A DNA stretch of 20,177 bases from a virus. Lineage: Duplodnaviria > Heunggongvirae > Uroviricota > Caudoviricetes. Position numbers and translations under genes: made by a program. Location: positions 70,503 through 90,679 of IMG/VR virus record IMGVR_UViG_3300006217_000016. One strand, 5' to 3'. Shown piece by piece: positions 11,301 through 17,872 of this stretch. A model generated the notes under the pieces. It did no database searches. It was given only the letters and a program-made list of their open reading frames with translations, and had not been told where the DNA came from. The first letter of the stretch is position 1. Each line of letters starts with the position of its first letter.

Positions 11301-11911
11301 CCGGGCTTATGAATGCTTCTGGCGCTACGCTGGTCGGCCCTGAGATCTATGTTCCAAATAAGGCAAACTGGAAATTCAAGGTTGACAGCAGCGGGAACGT
11401 ATATATCAAAGACGGCAGCATCAGTTGGGGTGCGGTGACTGGAACATCAGAAATCGACAACCGTATCGCGTCGGCACAGAACACAGCGAACTACGCCTAT
11501 TCACTTGCAGACTCTGCATATGACGCGGCAGATTACGCTCAGAGTGCCGCCATAGCAGCAGAGAATCTTGCAAGGCGTATCGCAAACGGTACGTTCAACA
11601 ACGGTACATTTATCAATGGCACCGAGATATACAGCCCAACAATTTATGCAGACGAGTTCGTTGTTATGCCAAGAAACAGTTATTCAGGCCGATGGACAGG
11701 CGGGTATAGCATGTACGGGTATTTTGGCAATCAACTGTTCAAGATGCTCAACATCGGGTATGCGGATACTGGTTTCAGTCCTGAGATCGAGTTCTGGAGC
11801 CCGGCAGGGGCATACGCTTACTGGGGCTTTAACCGCACCATGTTCAGCGGGTATTGTGATTTCAGCGGGGCAACAGTGACTGGTCTTTCGACAACTGCAA
11901 CATTCGGATAG
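8360..11911 (+). CDS. Tal-like baseplate hub / tail-tip protein (phage minor structural protein) with coiled-coil and beta-rich extensions
   Basis: 1183 aa with GGAGGT SD, directly after Dit. The N-terminal hub-like region (SEISFDVP, GWRIGYVS, FVFDTYERTINVYD, NLVEKLDITEKSDELVTALSPYG) is followed by a coiled coil, Y..TVDSGNF / FSIVFSNRF, and a C-terminal beta-repeat region (GGKIGGFTI, FWVKKDGTIY, FKVDSSGNVY). Confidence 0.8.
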   Translation: MYLDYSKIEFDRDGNPEMPELMLKTLSDKVIGVIPGVHKLKLNIKFSEPSEISFDVPAVIDGVENPIYKYLCGHKQIYTEHYGVYEIINPKTSADGISEIKHVTGYSYEKTLESKKFFLEEGTFNFWNPSSPTDTVLGRIQETAIGWRIGYVSPTLIGKYRTFDGYDNYLLQFIYNSAPEKYRCVFVFDTYERTINVYDSDQRIANLPIYLDFDNLVEKLDITEKSDELVTALSPYGADNLDIRAVNPTGTNWIYDLSYFIANGDIKGDLADKWNSWQRSVLSNQMYYKGFVALQASTTAKVLAEQAELTDLNGQLDSMINQQSVTIQALAMETTAAGKASQQNLLNTINANIKAKRAEIDAKQNEIDTSKRELASYTNEIKAIVDELSIKKYFTDSEYKELSNYMTEQDITEKTFVASTVDATVSGESYSVPNTSVAISSSSISMVDLTGKFSKRMFVLAGGTLALSGSTSISCDIIRGTVETKNNGAFVMSVYAGTIRVGTKTASSGLITISGTYSGLSSNVAPVTVAGVTTNEGTTMRFTVASGSMFLTGNVSDYQKYSVQMELYDYAVKVLKDLATPTYEFTVDSGNFLFEQEFAPFRDGLELGKGVYLNVGPYVVTPYIIEFELSFEDRSAFSIVFSNRFKRPDETNTLADMIEKSYSNSRSFDASKYIYNQTTSQASEVSKFMSDALDAAKNAVLGGSGTVKYDATGLTVGVGSRYQIRMVDRMIAMTDDNWEHAKVGIGLIATPDGGSNFVVNAEVIGGKLIVGNNLVIENENDTGVMQFKVDASGAWLNNATFILQKDNGGKIIIDPKYGIVGGNGNLYTTSGTTVTPAFIDSRGKVTLDADGMPTNSNFYLDIRDGSVYFRGKIFAQAGGKIGGFTINTSELVSNKSGYEVGINGDPLYSADNPNYAYAFWAGSYTPSRAKFWVKKDGTIYSKGATLDSATINNATIKTATIDHANMTNATVSGVLNSPTVTGLMNASGATLVGPEIYVPNKANWKFKVDSSGNVYIKDGSISWGAVTGTSEIDNRIASAQNTANYAYSLADSAYDAADYAQSAAIAAENLARRIANGTFNNGTFINGTEIYSPTIYADEFVVMPRNSYSGRWTGGYSMYGYFGNQLFKMLNIGYADTGFSPEIEFWSPAGAYAYWGFNRTMFSGYCDFSGATVTGLSTTATFG

Positions 11912-11923
11912 GGGTGATGGGAC

Positions 11924-12592
11924 ATGGCGAGCTATACCGTATCTTGTACCACCACTTCTGTAACATTCCGTGTGACCGGGTTGACGAAAGGGCAATATGT
12001 CCAGTTGTACGTCCGTCTTGAAAGCGGAAGCAACGCGGTCATAAGTGAGTCTTATACCGCGAGCGGGTCATCATTAACAAGGTCTTTTTCTGGGCTATCA
12101 CCAGGAACGGACTATGCGGCGAACGTAAAGGTTGGAGCGACCGGAAGTTCTGCAACTTGGCTTGGTAAGAAGTCGTTTACCACTAAAGGAGAGAGTAAGC
12201 CGTCAGTAGACAAATGGTCATGGAATAGATCTAATGGCAGCGCGTCAGCATCGCAGACAATGGCTGCATATTCTGCCGTCACAAGTAAAGGTCTGACAAG
12301 CAATTTCTCTTATCTTGTCTGGAACGATATGGTCGATAAGGTGGACGAGCTTGTCAGGGCGTTTGGGAAGAGCTGGAACAGCGGGTATGCCAGTCTCGGC
12401 TCAACCAGGATGAGCAGCTACAATAAAGATATAACCGCCGTTCGATTTAATTCCCTTCGGCTTAATCTCTCCTTATCCGGGTCTCATTCGTTCTCCGCAT
12501 ATATCCCAACCGTCAGTAGAGGCGACACTGTTTACGGGTCGTACTTTACAGGTATCGCAACAGAAATCAACCGCTTGGTTGATAAACTTTGA
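11924..12592 (+). CDS. Fibronectin type III-like domain virion/tail protein
   Basis: 222 aa with GGGGTGA SD. The N-terminal ~88 aa are beta-rich and contain the FN3 hallmark FSGLSPGTDY...V. The C-terminal domain is not recognised. Confidence 0.6.
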   Translation: MASYTVSCTTTSVTFRVTGLTKGQYVQLYVRLESGSNAVISESYTASGSSLTRSFSGLSPGTDYAANVKVGATGSSATWLGKKSFTTKGESKPSVDKWSWNRSNGSASASQTMAAYSAVTSKGLTSNFSYLVWNDMVDKVDELVRAFGKSWNSGYASLGSTRMSSYNKDITAVRFNSLRLNLSLSGSHSFSAYIPTVSRGDTVYGSYFTGIATEINRLVDKL

Positions 12593-12617
12593 ACATAGAG
12601 CTAAAGGAGATTGAACT

Positions 12618-12806
12618 ATGAAAGACGAAATCATGCAACGGATCGAGGCTGTTCTGGCCGCACTCAACAATGTGTATGTCAGGGGGAAACCAAACCTCGA
12701 CAACCTGTCCGGTAGTATCGCCATCCTTGAAGGTTTGGCTGGTACCCTGTCCGGTTGCGACATTATCGAGAATGTGAGCGGTGAGGACGCAGATCCGAAG
12801 GAGTAG
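12618..12806 (+). CDS. Small hypothetical phage protein
   Basis: 62 aa with AAAGGAG SD, filling the gap between tail genes. Predicted helical. Confidence 0.75.
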   Translation: MKDEIMQRIEAVLAALNNVYVRGKPNLDNLSGSIAILEGLAGTLSGCDIIENVSGEDADPKE

Positions 12807-12824
12807 GAAAGGCGGTGATACCGC

Positions 12825-13208
12825 ATGATTGAATGCTTTAACCCATATGTGTTGCCGACCATTGAGTTTGTTGGCGGCGAGACACAGGAGCTTTTGTTCA
12901 ACATGTACTTCTACCAGGGCAAGAAGCCGTTCAGTATGGTCGGCTGTATCAGCAGCTTCTCTATCGTGAGTTTCAATAATAAGAATGGCTCACCGATTCT
13001 GCGCAAGGACATGACAGTTCTGGAGAACCAGGACGGCACATCGCTCAATGTTCTGTCTGTTGAGCTTACCCCGGAGGAGACATATAAGTTGTCTGGCAAG
13101 TACATCTACCAGATATCCATCAAGGATGTGTCAGGCAATATCGAGATCCCAAAGCAAGGGCTCATGTATATCATCAACAACATCAATAAGGGCTTCATCA
13201 CATCGTAA
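12825..13208 (+). CDS. BppU-like (upper baseplate N-terminal type) beta-sandwich protein
   Basis: 127 aa with GAAAGGCGGTG SD. The pattern FVGGETQELLF...VELTPEET..LSGKYIYQISI resembles BppU N-terminal-type domains. Confidence 0.5.
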   Translation: MIECFNPYVLPTIEFVGGETQELLFNMYFYQGKKPFSMVGCISSFSIVSFNNKNGSPILRKDMTVLENQDGTSLNVLSVELTPEETYKLSGKYIYQISIKDVSGNIEIPKQGLMYIINNINKGFITS

Positions 13209-13237
13209 CCGGCGCGTATAGCGACCGGCTTTTATTA
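13209..13237 (+). terminator. Possible intrinsic terminator/attenuator
   Basis: ccgg-cgc-[gtata]-gcg-a-ccgg (7 bp, one bulge) directly after the stop codon, followed by cttttatt. Confidence 0.4.
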
Positions 13238-13265
13238 TGCCCATTTCAACAAGGAGGAACGAAAA

Positions 13266-13664
13266 ATGACGACTACCTATTTTCTGAATGTCGTGGCGGG
13301 CAATGTCTATGGCTCAGGCACCCTGACTCCTCTGCCGAGCAAGTATTACATCGGCCTGAGTACAACTGCTCCGAATATCAATGGCACCAACGTGACAGAA
13401 CCATCTGGTTCCGGCTACACCCGTATGGAGCTGACCAGCCTGGGCGCCCCGTCCAGCGGCGTTGTGACGAACACGGCGGCTATCGACTTCCCTGAGAGTA
13501 CCGCGAGCTGGGGTACTGCTACCCACTTCGTCATCTATGACGCACTGACCAACGGGAACCTGCTCCAGTACGGCCCACTCTCCACTCCGCGCAGTATCGA
13601 GCCCGCAACCATCATGTCTATCCCCGCAAACTATCTGAACCTGAGTATGCAGAATCCTGTGTAA
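13266..13664 (+). CDS. Phage tail fibre-associated / fibre attachment protein
   Basis: 132 aa with AAGGAGG SD. The motifs YIGLSTTAP, EPSGSGYTR, IDFPESTASWGTATHFVIYDA and GNLLQYGPL are typical of a small siphophage tail-fibre protein family. Confidence 0.7.
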   Translation: MTTTYFLNVVAGNVYGSGTLTPLPSKYYIGLSTTAPNINGTNVTEPSGSGYTRMELTSLGAPSSGVVTNTAAIDFPESTASWGTATHFVIYDALTNGNLLQYGPLSTPRSIEPATIMSIPANYLNLSMQNPV

Positions 13665-13679
13665 TCACGGAGGTGGCGT

Positions 13680-14615
13680 ATGGCTAAGCAATTTGATGTC
13701 TTTCTGCGGCGCCACCTGATAGAGTGTGACATCCTTATCCAGTCTCTTCCGTATCGTGATGGTATCTCTGTGACAGATCGTATCATCGTTGACGCTGTTT
13801 TGCAGGGGTGCAAACTGATGCGTATTGCTGCTGCCCAGTCTGGTATCGAGGTAAATGCGCAGATCGACCGCCTTATCAAAACATGTTTGGAGCGTCTAAG
13901 TCCCCAGACTGTGATGGATGCGTCTGTCGATTTGAAAGCAACCAATATTGCGAAGCCAGTCAACGAACCAATCGTGATGGACGCCAAGAATCTCGGCACC
14001 CTGGAGACCGTCCTGAACCGGGCGGAAGCAGGTATGGTCATGGCGGTCAATCCGCTTGTCACAAAGATTGCGAAGTCTCTTGGGCAAATGAATACCGGTA
14101 TCGTGGTCGGCGCGAACGTGACCGATACGCTGAAGAAAAGTATCTTGACGCTACGTGCAGACACTACTCTCGATGTCGAGGTTCAGGGCGAACTGAAGAA
14201 AGGGCTTCTGGATCTCGACACCAAGATTTGCATGGACGCCACTTTGGCGAGCTTGTGTAAACGTATCGGGTTCGATGCCGTTGCCGGTATTGAAATGGCT
14301 GTGACATGTCTTGGCACAAAGCTATACCACTCGCTTGGTCGTGGGTATAGCGGCATTTCAGTTGACGCAAAGGTTACCGGTACGAAGGCGAGGAAGATAG
14401 AGACTGCGGAGACCATCGTACAGATCATGGCAGATATGTCAGCAGTTCTGATTAAGCTGATATACCCCGAAGATGTGGACGTGTGGATTGACGCGGAGGT
14501 TTCTGAATCTCAACTCAAACGATACAGACTTATGTCTGACCTCGGCGATACAACGTTGGAGGATCTTGGTGACATGACACTGGATGATTTCTACTACATC
14601 ATCCTTGCTGGATAG
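13680..14615 (+). CDS. Hypothetical tail protein built of ~21-aa tandem repeats (putative fibre shaft)
   Basis: 311 aa with GGAGGT SD. It has twelve 21-22 aa repeats (consensus approx. x-I-x-[MV]-D-A-x-V) and an acidic C-terminus (LGDTTLEDLGDMTLDDFYY). Confidence 0.7.
   Translation: MAKQFDVFLRRHLIECDILIQSLPYRDGISVTDRIIVDAVLQGCKLMRIAAAQSGIEVNAQIDRLIKTCLERLSPQTVMDASVDLKATNIAKPVNEPIVMDAKNLGTLETVLNRAEAGMVMAVNPLVTKIAKSLGQMNTGIVVGANVTDTLKKSILTLRADTTLDVEVQGELKKGLLDLDTKICMDATLASLCKRIGFDAVAGIEMAVTCLGTKLYHSLGRGYSGISVDAKVTGTKARKIETAETIVQIMADMSAVLIKLIYPEDVDVWIDAEVSESQLKRYRLMSDLGDTTLEDLGDMTLDDFYYIILAG
13779..14540 (+). repeat. Protein-level 21-residue tandem repeat x12
   Basis: Units begin RIIVDA, GIEVNA, QTVMDA, PIVMDA, GMVMAV, GIVVGA, DTTLDV, KICMDA, GIEMAV, GISVDA, IVQIMA, DVWIDA, spaced 21,21,21,21,22,21,21,21,22,21,21 aa. 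Confidence 0.75.
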
Positions 14616-14648
14616 CGTCACATTTATAACCATCAGGAGGTGAAAGAG

Positions 14649-15209
14649 ATGTTCTATATCAAACTGAATGATGATATGGAGCTTGTCATCACAGTTCGTG
14701 AGGCGATCCACAGAGGCGATCACCTCAACCAAAAGCTCACCTTCCTTGTGCCTCTGCAAGTTGGCGATATCGATCCCGCCACTGCCGCTCTGTATCTGAG
14801 CTATATCCGCGCAGACGGAACTGCGGACATCGACTTGCTTCATCGAGAGAAGGAACTGTATAACGAATCGTACTACCAGTTCACCATGCCAGTCACCAGC
14901 AAACTGACACGGTATGCTGGCCCTGTTACCACCTTCCTCACCATCTACGCCGGCCCGACAAACTCCCCTATGGTTGTCAAGAGCGGCGAATGTATGCTGC
15001 AGGTCATGGCGTCTACCAACATGGACGACCTTGTGACAGATGAGGGTCTGTCCCTTATCTACAGTATGCAGAAACAGATGGAAGAAAAACTTGCAGACGG
15101 TCTTGCAGAAAAGGCAGACGGACTCGCCTTCGACGACGGCACAAGGGAGCTGCAACTTAAATCCGGGGATACGATGATTGGCGAACCGGTCGTCGTATCT
15201 ACAACCTAA
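14649..15209 (+). CDS. BppU/DUF2479-like baseplate protein
   Basis: The start is moved from the track's GTG 14640 to ATG 14649 because AGGAGG(TG) lies at 14635-14642; this gives 186 aa. The pattern RGDHLNQKLTF...LSYIRADG...TMPVTSKLTRYAGPV resembles BppU N-terminal-type domains. Confidence 0.55.
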   Translation: MFYIKLNDDMELVITVREAIHRGDHLNQKLTFLVPLQVGDIDPATAALYLSYIRADGTADIDLLHREKELYNESYYQFTMPVTSKLTRYAGPVTTFLTIYAGPTNSPMVVKSGECMLQVMASTNMDDLVTDEGLSLIYSMQKQMEEKLADGLAEKADGLAFDDGTRELQLKSGDTMIGEPVVVSTT

Positions 15210-15233
15210 TTTATATGGAAGGAGGGTACAAGC

Positions 15234-15809
15234 ATGGCATATTGGATCGCTGGTCAATCCCCGCACGCGAAGCACTTCATGTGCGACACAGAAGCTGACG
15301 TTGCGAATCTGCCGACCACTGTTAATCGCGGCGTTCCACAGGATGACGTTGACGACACCAATACCTATACAGTGCAGGCAGGCAGCACGGCGAAAGTCAT
15401 TGCCACTGGTGACAAGTATATCCTGCAGTCTGATATCGACACATGGATCAAGCAGCCCGCGTCTGGCGGAGGCGGCGGTGGTGGCGGTGGAGTCACTGAC
15501 TATAACATGCTGCAGAACCGCCCCGTGATCAATATCACTGGGAACGGCGTTGTGATCAGCTCGCTGACATCTGGTGTGTATAACATCAACGGAACATGGA
15601 AGATGACATCGGACGACGAGGAGCGTGCTACCGCTAAGGACGACCTGTTCTATGTGTTCAACGACGACACTGGGAGCAGGCTGACGTGGGTCAGCGCTGG
15701 AAAAATCAAGACCTTTGGCGTCCCGGATGGAGGCACCGCCGCTGACATCACTGAGAGCGAGATTGCAACAGTGGAAGATGTTACCGGACAGTTGGTCGGC
15801 GATTTCTGA
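15234..15809 (+). CDS. Hypothetical virion protein, two domains joined by a Gly9 linker
   Basis: 191 aa with AAGGAGG SD. The N-terminal module (CDTEADVANLPT, AGSTAKVIATGDKYIL) is followed by GGGGGGGGG (15465-15491) and then DYNMLQNRPVIN, a short motif common in phage tail proteins. Confidence 0.7.
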   Translation: MAYWIAGQSPHAKHFMCDTEADVANLPTTVNRGVPQDDVDDTNTYTVQAGSTAKVIATGDKYILQSDIDTWIKQPASGGGGGGGGGVTDYNMLQNRPVINITGNGVVISSLTSGVYNINGTWKMTSDDEERATAKDDLFYVFNDDTGSRLTWVSAGKIKTFGVPDGGTAADITESEIATVEDVTGQLVGDF

Positions 15810-15812
15810 TGC

Positions 15813-15833
15813 AACAGGGCGATAGCCCGTTTT
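15813..15833 (+). terminator. Small GNRA-loop hairpin followed by a T-tract (possible terminator or processing site)
   Basis: aac-a-gggc-[gata]-gccc-gtt, running into tttt (15830-15833), just after the stop at 15809. Confidence 0.35.
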
Positions 15834-15882
15834 GCATATATTCGTACTATTCATTATAGACAACAAGAAAGGAAGATGCATT

Positions 15883-16815
15883 ATGGCAATCATCAGTAAG
15901 CTCGTTTACAAGGGTCTCAAGGCTAACCTCCCCGCTTCCCGCAGCGCGGACAGCTTCTATCTCTGCACGAATACCCGTGAGCTGTACTTCGGCGATGAGC
16001 TGTATACCGAGCCTGTTCGGTTCTACAACGGCACCGCCAACAAGCCCACCGCTCCTGCTCAGGGCGTGCTGTATATCGACGAGGCCACCGGTAAGGGTGA
16101 GGCGTGGGACGGCACCGCCTGGAAGCCCGTCATTACCCCCGTGACCGTGAGCGCCAGCGACAACTCCGTGGAGATCGGCGGCACTGCTTCTGAGCCCACC
16201 GTCAAGGTGAAGCTCTCCACCAAGGACGGCAACCAGCTCCAGCTCGCGTCTGAGGCCGGCAAGGAGGGTCTGTTCGTCCCCGCCCCTGACTCCGCTGACT
16301 CCTATAAGGTCGAGGAAGCTGCTGCCGCTGAGACCGGCTACCTGAAGACCTATGTGCTCAACCGCTACCCCAACGGCGACGAGACCAGGACTGCTGTTGA
16401 GTGCGGCAAGATCAACATCCCCAAGGACTACCTGGTGAAGTCCGCCGAGATCAAGGAAGTCGCCACCGCTGACGACCCCTACACCGGCGCGAAGGTCGGC
16501 GACAAGTACATTGACTTCGTGATCAATGTCAAGTCTGGCACCGCTACCGACGAGCATGTCTACCTGCCCGTGAACGATCTGGTGGATGTGTATACCGCCG
16601 GCAACGGTATCGACATCTCCGCCGCCAACGAGGTCAGCGTGAAGATCGACGCCGCGAATGCCAACGGCCTGGGCGTTGGTGCCGACGGCGTGAAGCTGGA
16701 CGTGGCTGTTGCCAACAACAGCACCGGCGCGAACGGCAAGGCGGGCGCTATGTCCGCTGCCGACAAGACCGACCATGACGCCATGGTGGTCGCTCTGACT
16801 GTGGGCACGTTCTAA
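15883..16815 (+). CDS. Putative high-copy virion fibre/decoration protein
   Basis: The start is moved from the track's TTG 15832 to ATG 15883 (MAIISK), which follows GAAAGGAAG; this gives 310 aa. Codon usage is strongly C/G-ending. Motifs include KINIPKDYLVKS, HVYLPVNDLVDVYTAGNGIDIS and beta-spiral-like repeats (DNSVEIGG, NGLGVGADGVKL) as seen in phage fibre proteins. Confidence 0.7.
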   Translation: MAIISKLVYKGLKANLPASRSADSFYLCTNTRELYFGDELYTEPVRFYNGTANKPTAPAQGVLYIDEATGKGEAWDGTAWKPVITPVTVSASDNSVEIGGTASEPTVKVKLSTKDGNQLQLASEAGKEGLFVPAPDSADSYKVEEAAAAETGYLKTYVLNRYPNGDETRTAVECGKINIPKDYLVKSAEIKEVATADDPYTGAKVGDKYIDFVINVKSGTATDEHVYLPVNDLVDVYTAGNGIDISAANEVSVKIDAANANGLGVGADGVKLDVAVANNSTGANGKAGAMSAADKTDHDAMVVALTVGTF

Positions 16816-16840
16816 TAACGGCCAACGAGACAAACTGATT

Positions 16841-16868
16841 GGAGGGAGGGGCTTTGGCTCCTCCCTTC
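16841..16868 (+). terminator. GC-rich stem-loop after the codon-biased gene
   Basis: ggagggaggggc-[tttg]-gctcctcccttc: 12 bp including 2 G-U pairs, with no U-tract. Confidence 0.5.
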
Positions 16869-16891
16869 GTCAATAACGGGAGGTATTCAAC

Positions 16892-17428
16892 ATGGCCTTA
16901 TTTAATCCAAACGTGACAGTTGAGAGTAAGGCGCGGAACACCACGCAGCTTCCCATCAGCGAAGGCCAGTTCTTGATGACCTCGGATACGAAAAATGTTT
17001 TCTACGATCTGGCCGGTGAGCGCATTCAGCTCACGGACATCATTGAACTGGATACTGAGGCACAGCGGAAGGCGATCCTTGCGCCGCTCAACAAGTTCTA
17101 TTTCGTCAAAGACACCGGCATCCTGTGGCGGTACAACAACGGATGGCTGAGCTGGGGACATGGCGGTGGTTCGTCAAGCTCCGCCGTACACAAAGTCCTC
17201 ACCGCAGCGGGGTGGGTCAACAACCAGCAGGTCGTCAGCATCAGCGGTCTGACTGCGAACCAGAACGGTATCGCAGGTCTCTCCCAGGATATTTCCCAGG
17301 CTGAGTTCGAGGCAGCAGCAAACGCGGAGATGCGTATCTGCGCTCAGGCCGATGGGTCATTCACGGTTGTGTATCACGGAGATAAGCCGGGGTGCGACAT
17401 CCCAATCACAATCATCATTCTGGACTAA
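16892..17428 (+). CDS. Hypothetical tail fibre module protein
   Basis: 178 aa with GGGAGGT SD. An N-terminal short beta module is followed by a GGGSSSS linker and a C-terminal domain (AAGW...ISGLTANQNG...DIPITIIILD) paralogous to the next gene. Confidence 0.75.
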   Translation: MALFNPNVTVESKARNTTQLPISEGQFLMTSDTKNVFYDLAGERIQLTDIIELDTEAQRKAILAPLNKFYFVKDTGILWRYNNGWLSWGHGGGSSSSAVHKVLTAAGWVNNQQVVSISGLTANQNGIAGLSQDISQAEFEAAANAEMRICAQADGSFTVVYHGDKPGCDIPITIIILD

Positions 17429-17444
17429 AAGGAGGCGATAGCGT

Positions 17445-17849
17445 ATGAGCACAACACCGAACTATGGCCTCTATGTGACAGACGATGTGAAGGAGAAGGT
17501 CAAGGAACTGCTGGAAAAGATGAGCAACACGACTGACTCCAACATGGTCAAGATCGATACGGCTCTCGGTGAGAAGGCCGACCACAGTTCTGACGTGACT
17601 CTGACGCTGGTGTCTTCTGGTTGGTCAGGCGTGTCTGCTCCGTACACATATGAACTGAGTGTGGCTGGACTGAAAGCAAATCAAAACGGGCACATCGAGG
17701 TGGCGCACAGCGCCACATTTGAACAGCGTCAGATGGCACGGGAAGCAATCCTATGCGTCACTGGACAGTCTGATGGCAAGATCATCATCTCTGCGGATGG
17801 TGAGATGCCTGAACTGGACATCCCGGTCACCATCGTCATGCTGGACTAA
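17445..17849 (+). CDS. Hypothetical tail fibre module protein
   Basis: 134 aa with AAAGGAGG SD. The N-terminal TTPNYGL...SNMVKIDTAL motif is common at phage fibre N-termini. The C-terminal domain is paralogous to the previous gene. Confidence 0.75.
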   Translation: MSTTPNYGLYVTDDVKEKVKELLEKMSNTTDSNMVKIDTALGEKADHSSDVTLTLVSSGWSGVSAPYTYELSVAGLKANQNGHIEVAHSATFEQRQMAREAILCVTGQSDGKIIISADGEMPELDIPVTIVMLD

Positions 17850-17872
17850 TTTGAGATAAAGGAGATATCAAT

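Noticed and set aside
11909-14615. TAG stop-codon reassignment (phage genetic code 15)
   Set aside because: The long genes contain no internal TAG. Two of the three TAG-ending genes (11911, 12806) hit TGA within a few codons and are followed by SD-equipped genes, so the standard code fits.
14640-14648. GTG start at 14640 (and similarly the TTG start at 15832) given by the ORF track
   Set aside because: The GTG overlaps the SD itself, and ATG 14649 has proper spacing. Likewise ATG 15883 follows a purine-rich SD, whereas TTG 15832 has none.
15832-15860. Possible sigma-70 promoter TTGCAT-17 nt-TATAGA before the codon-biased gene
   Set aside because: The -10 element lacks the conserved final T, and such matches are common in AT-rich spacers, so it is too weak to call.
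14439-15893. 484-aa antisense ORF spanning several genes
   Set aside because: It is a shadow of three same-frame sense genes with good SD sites and phage-like products, and it has no recognisable motif.
15847-16833. 328-aa antisense ORF
   Set aside because: It is codon-aligned with the sense gene and explained by the absence of TTA/CTA/TCA codons there. The translation is low-complexity (G/L/V/D/H-rich) with no recognisable motif.
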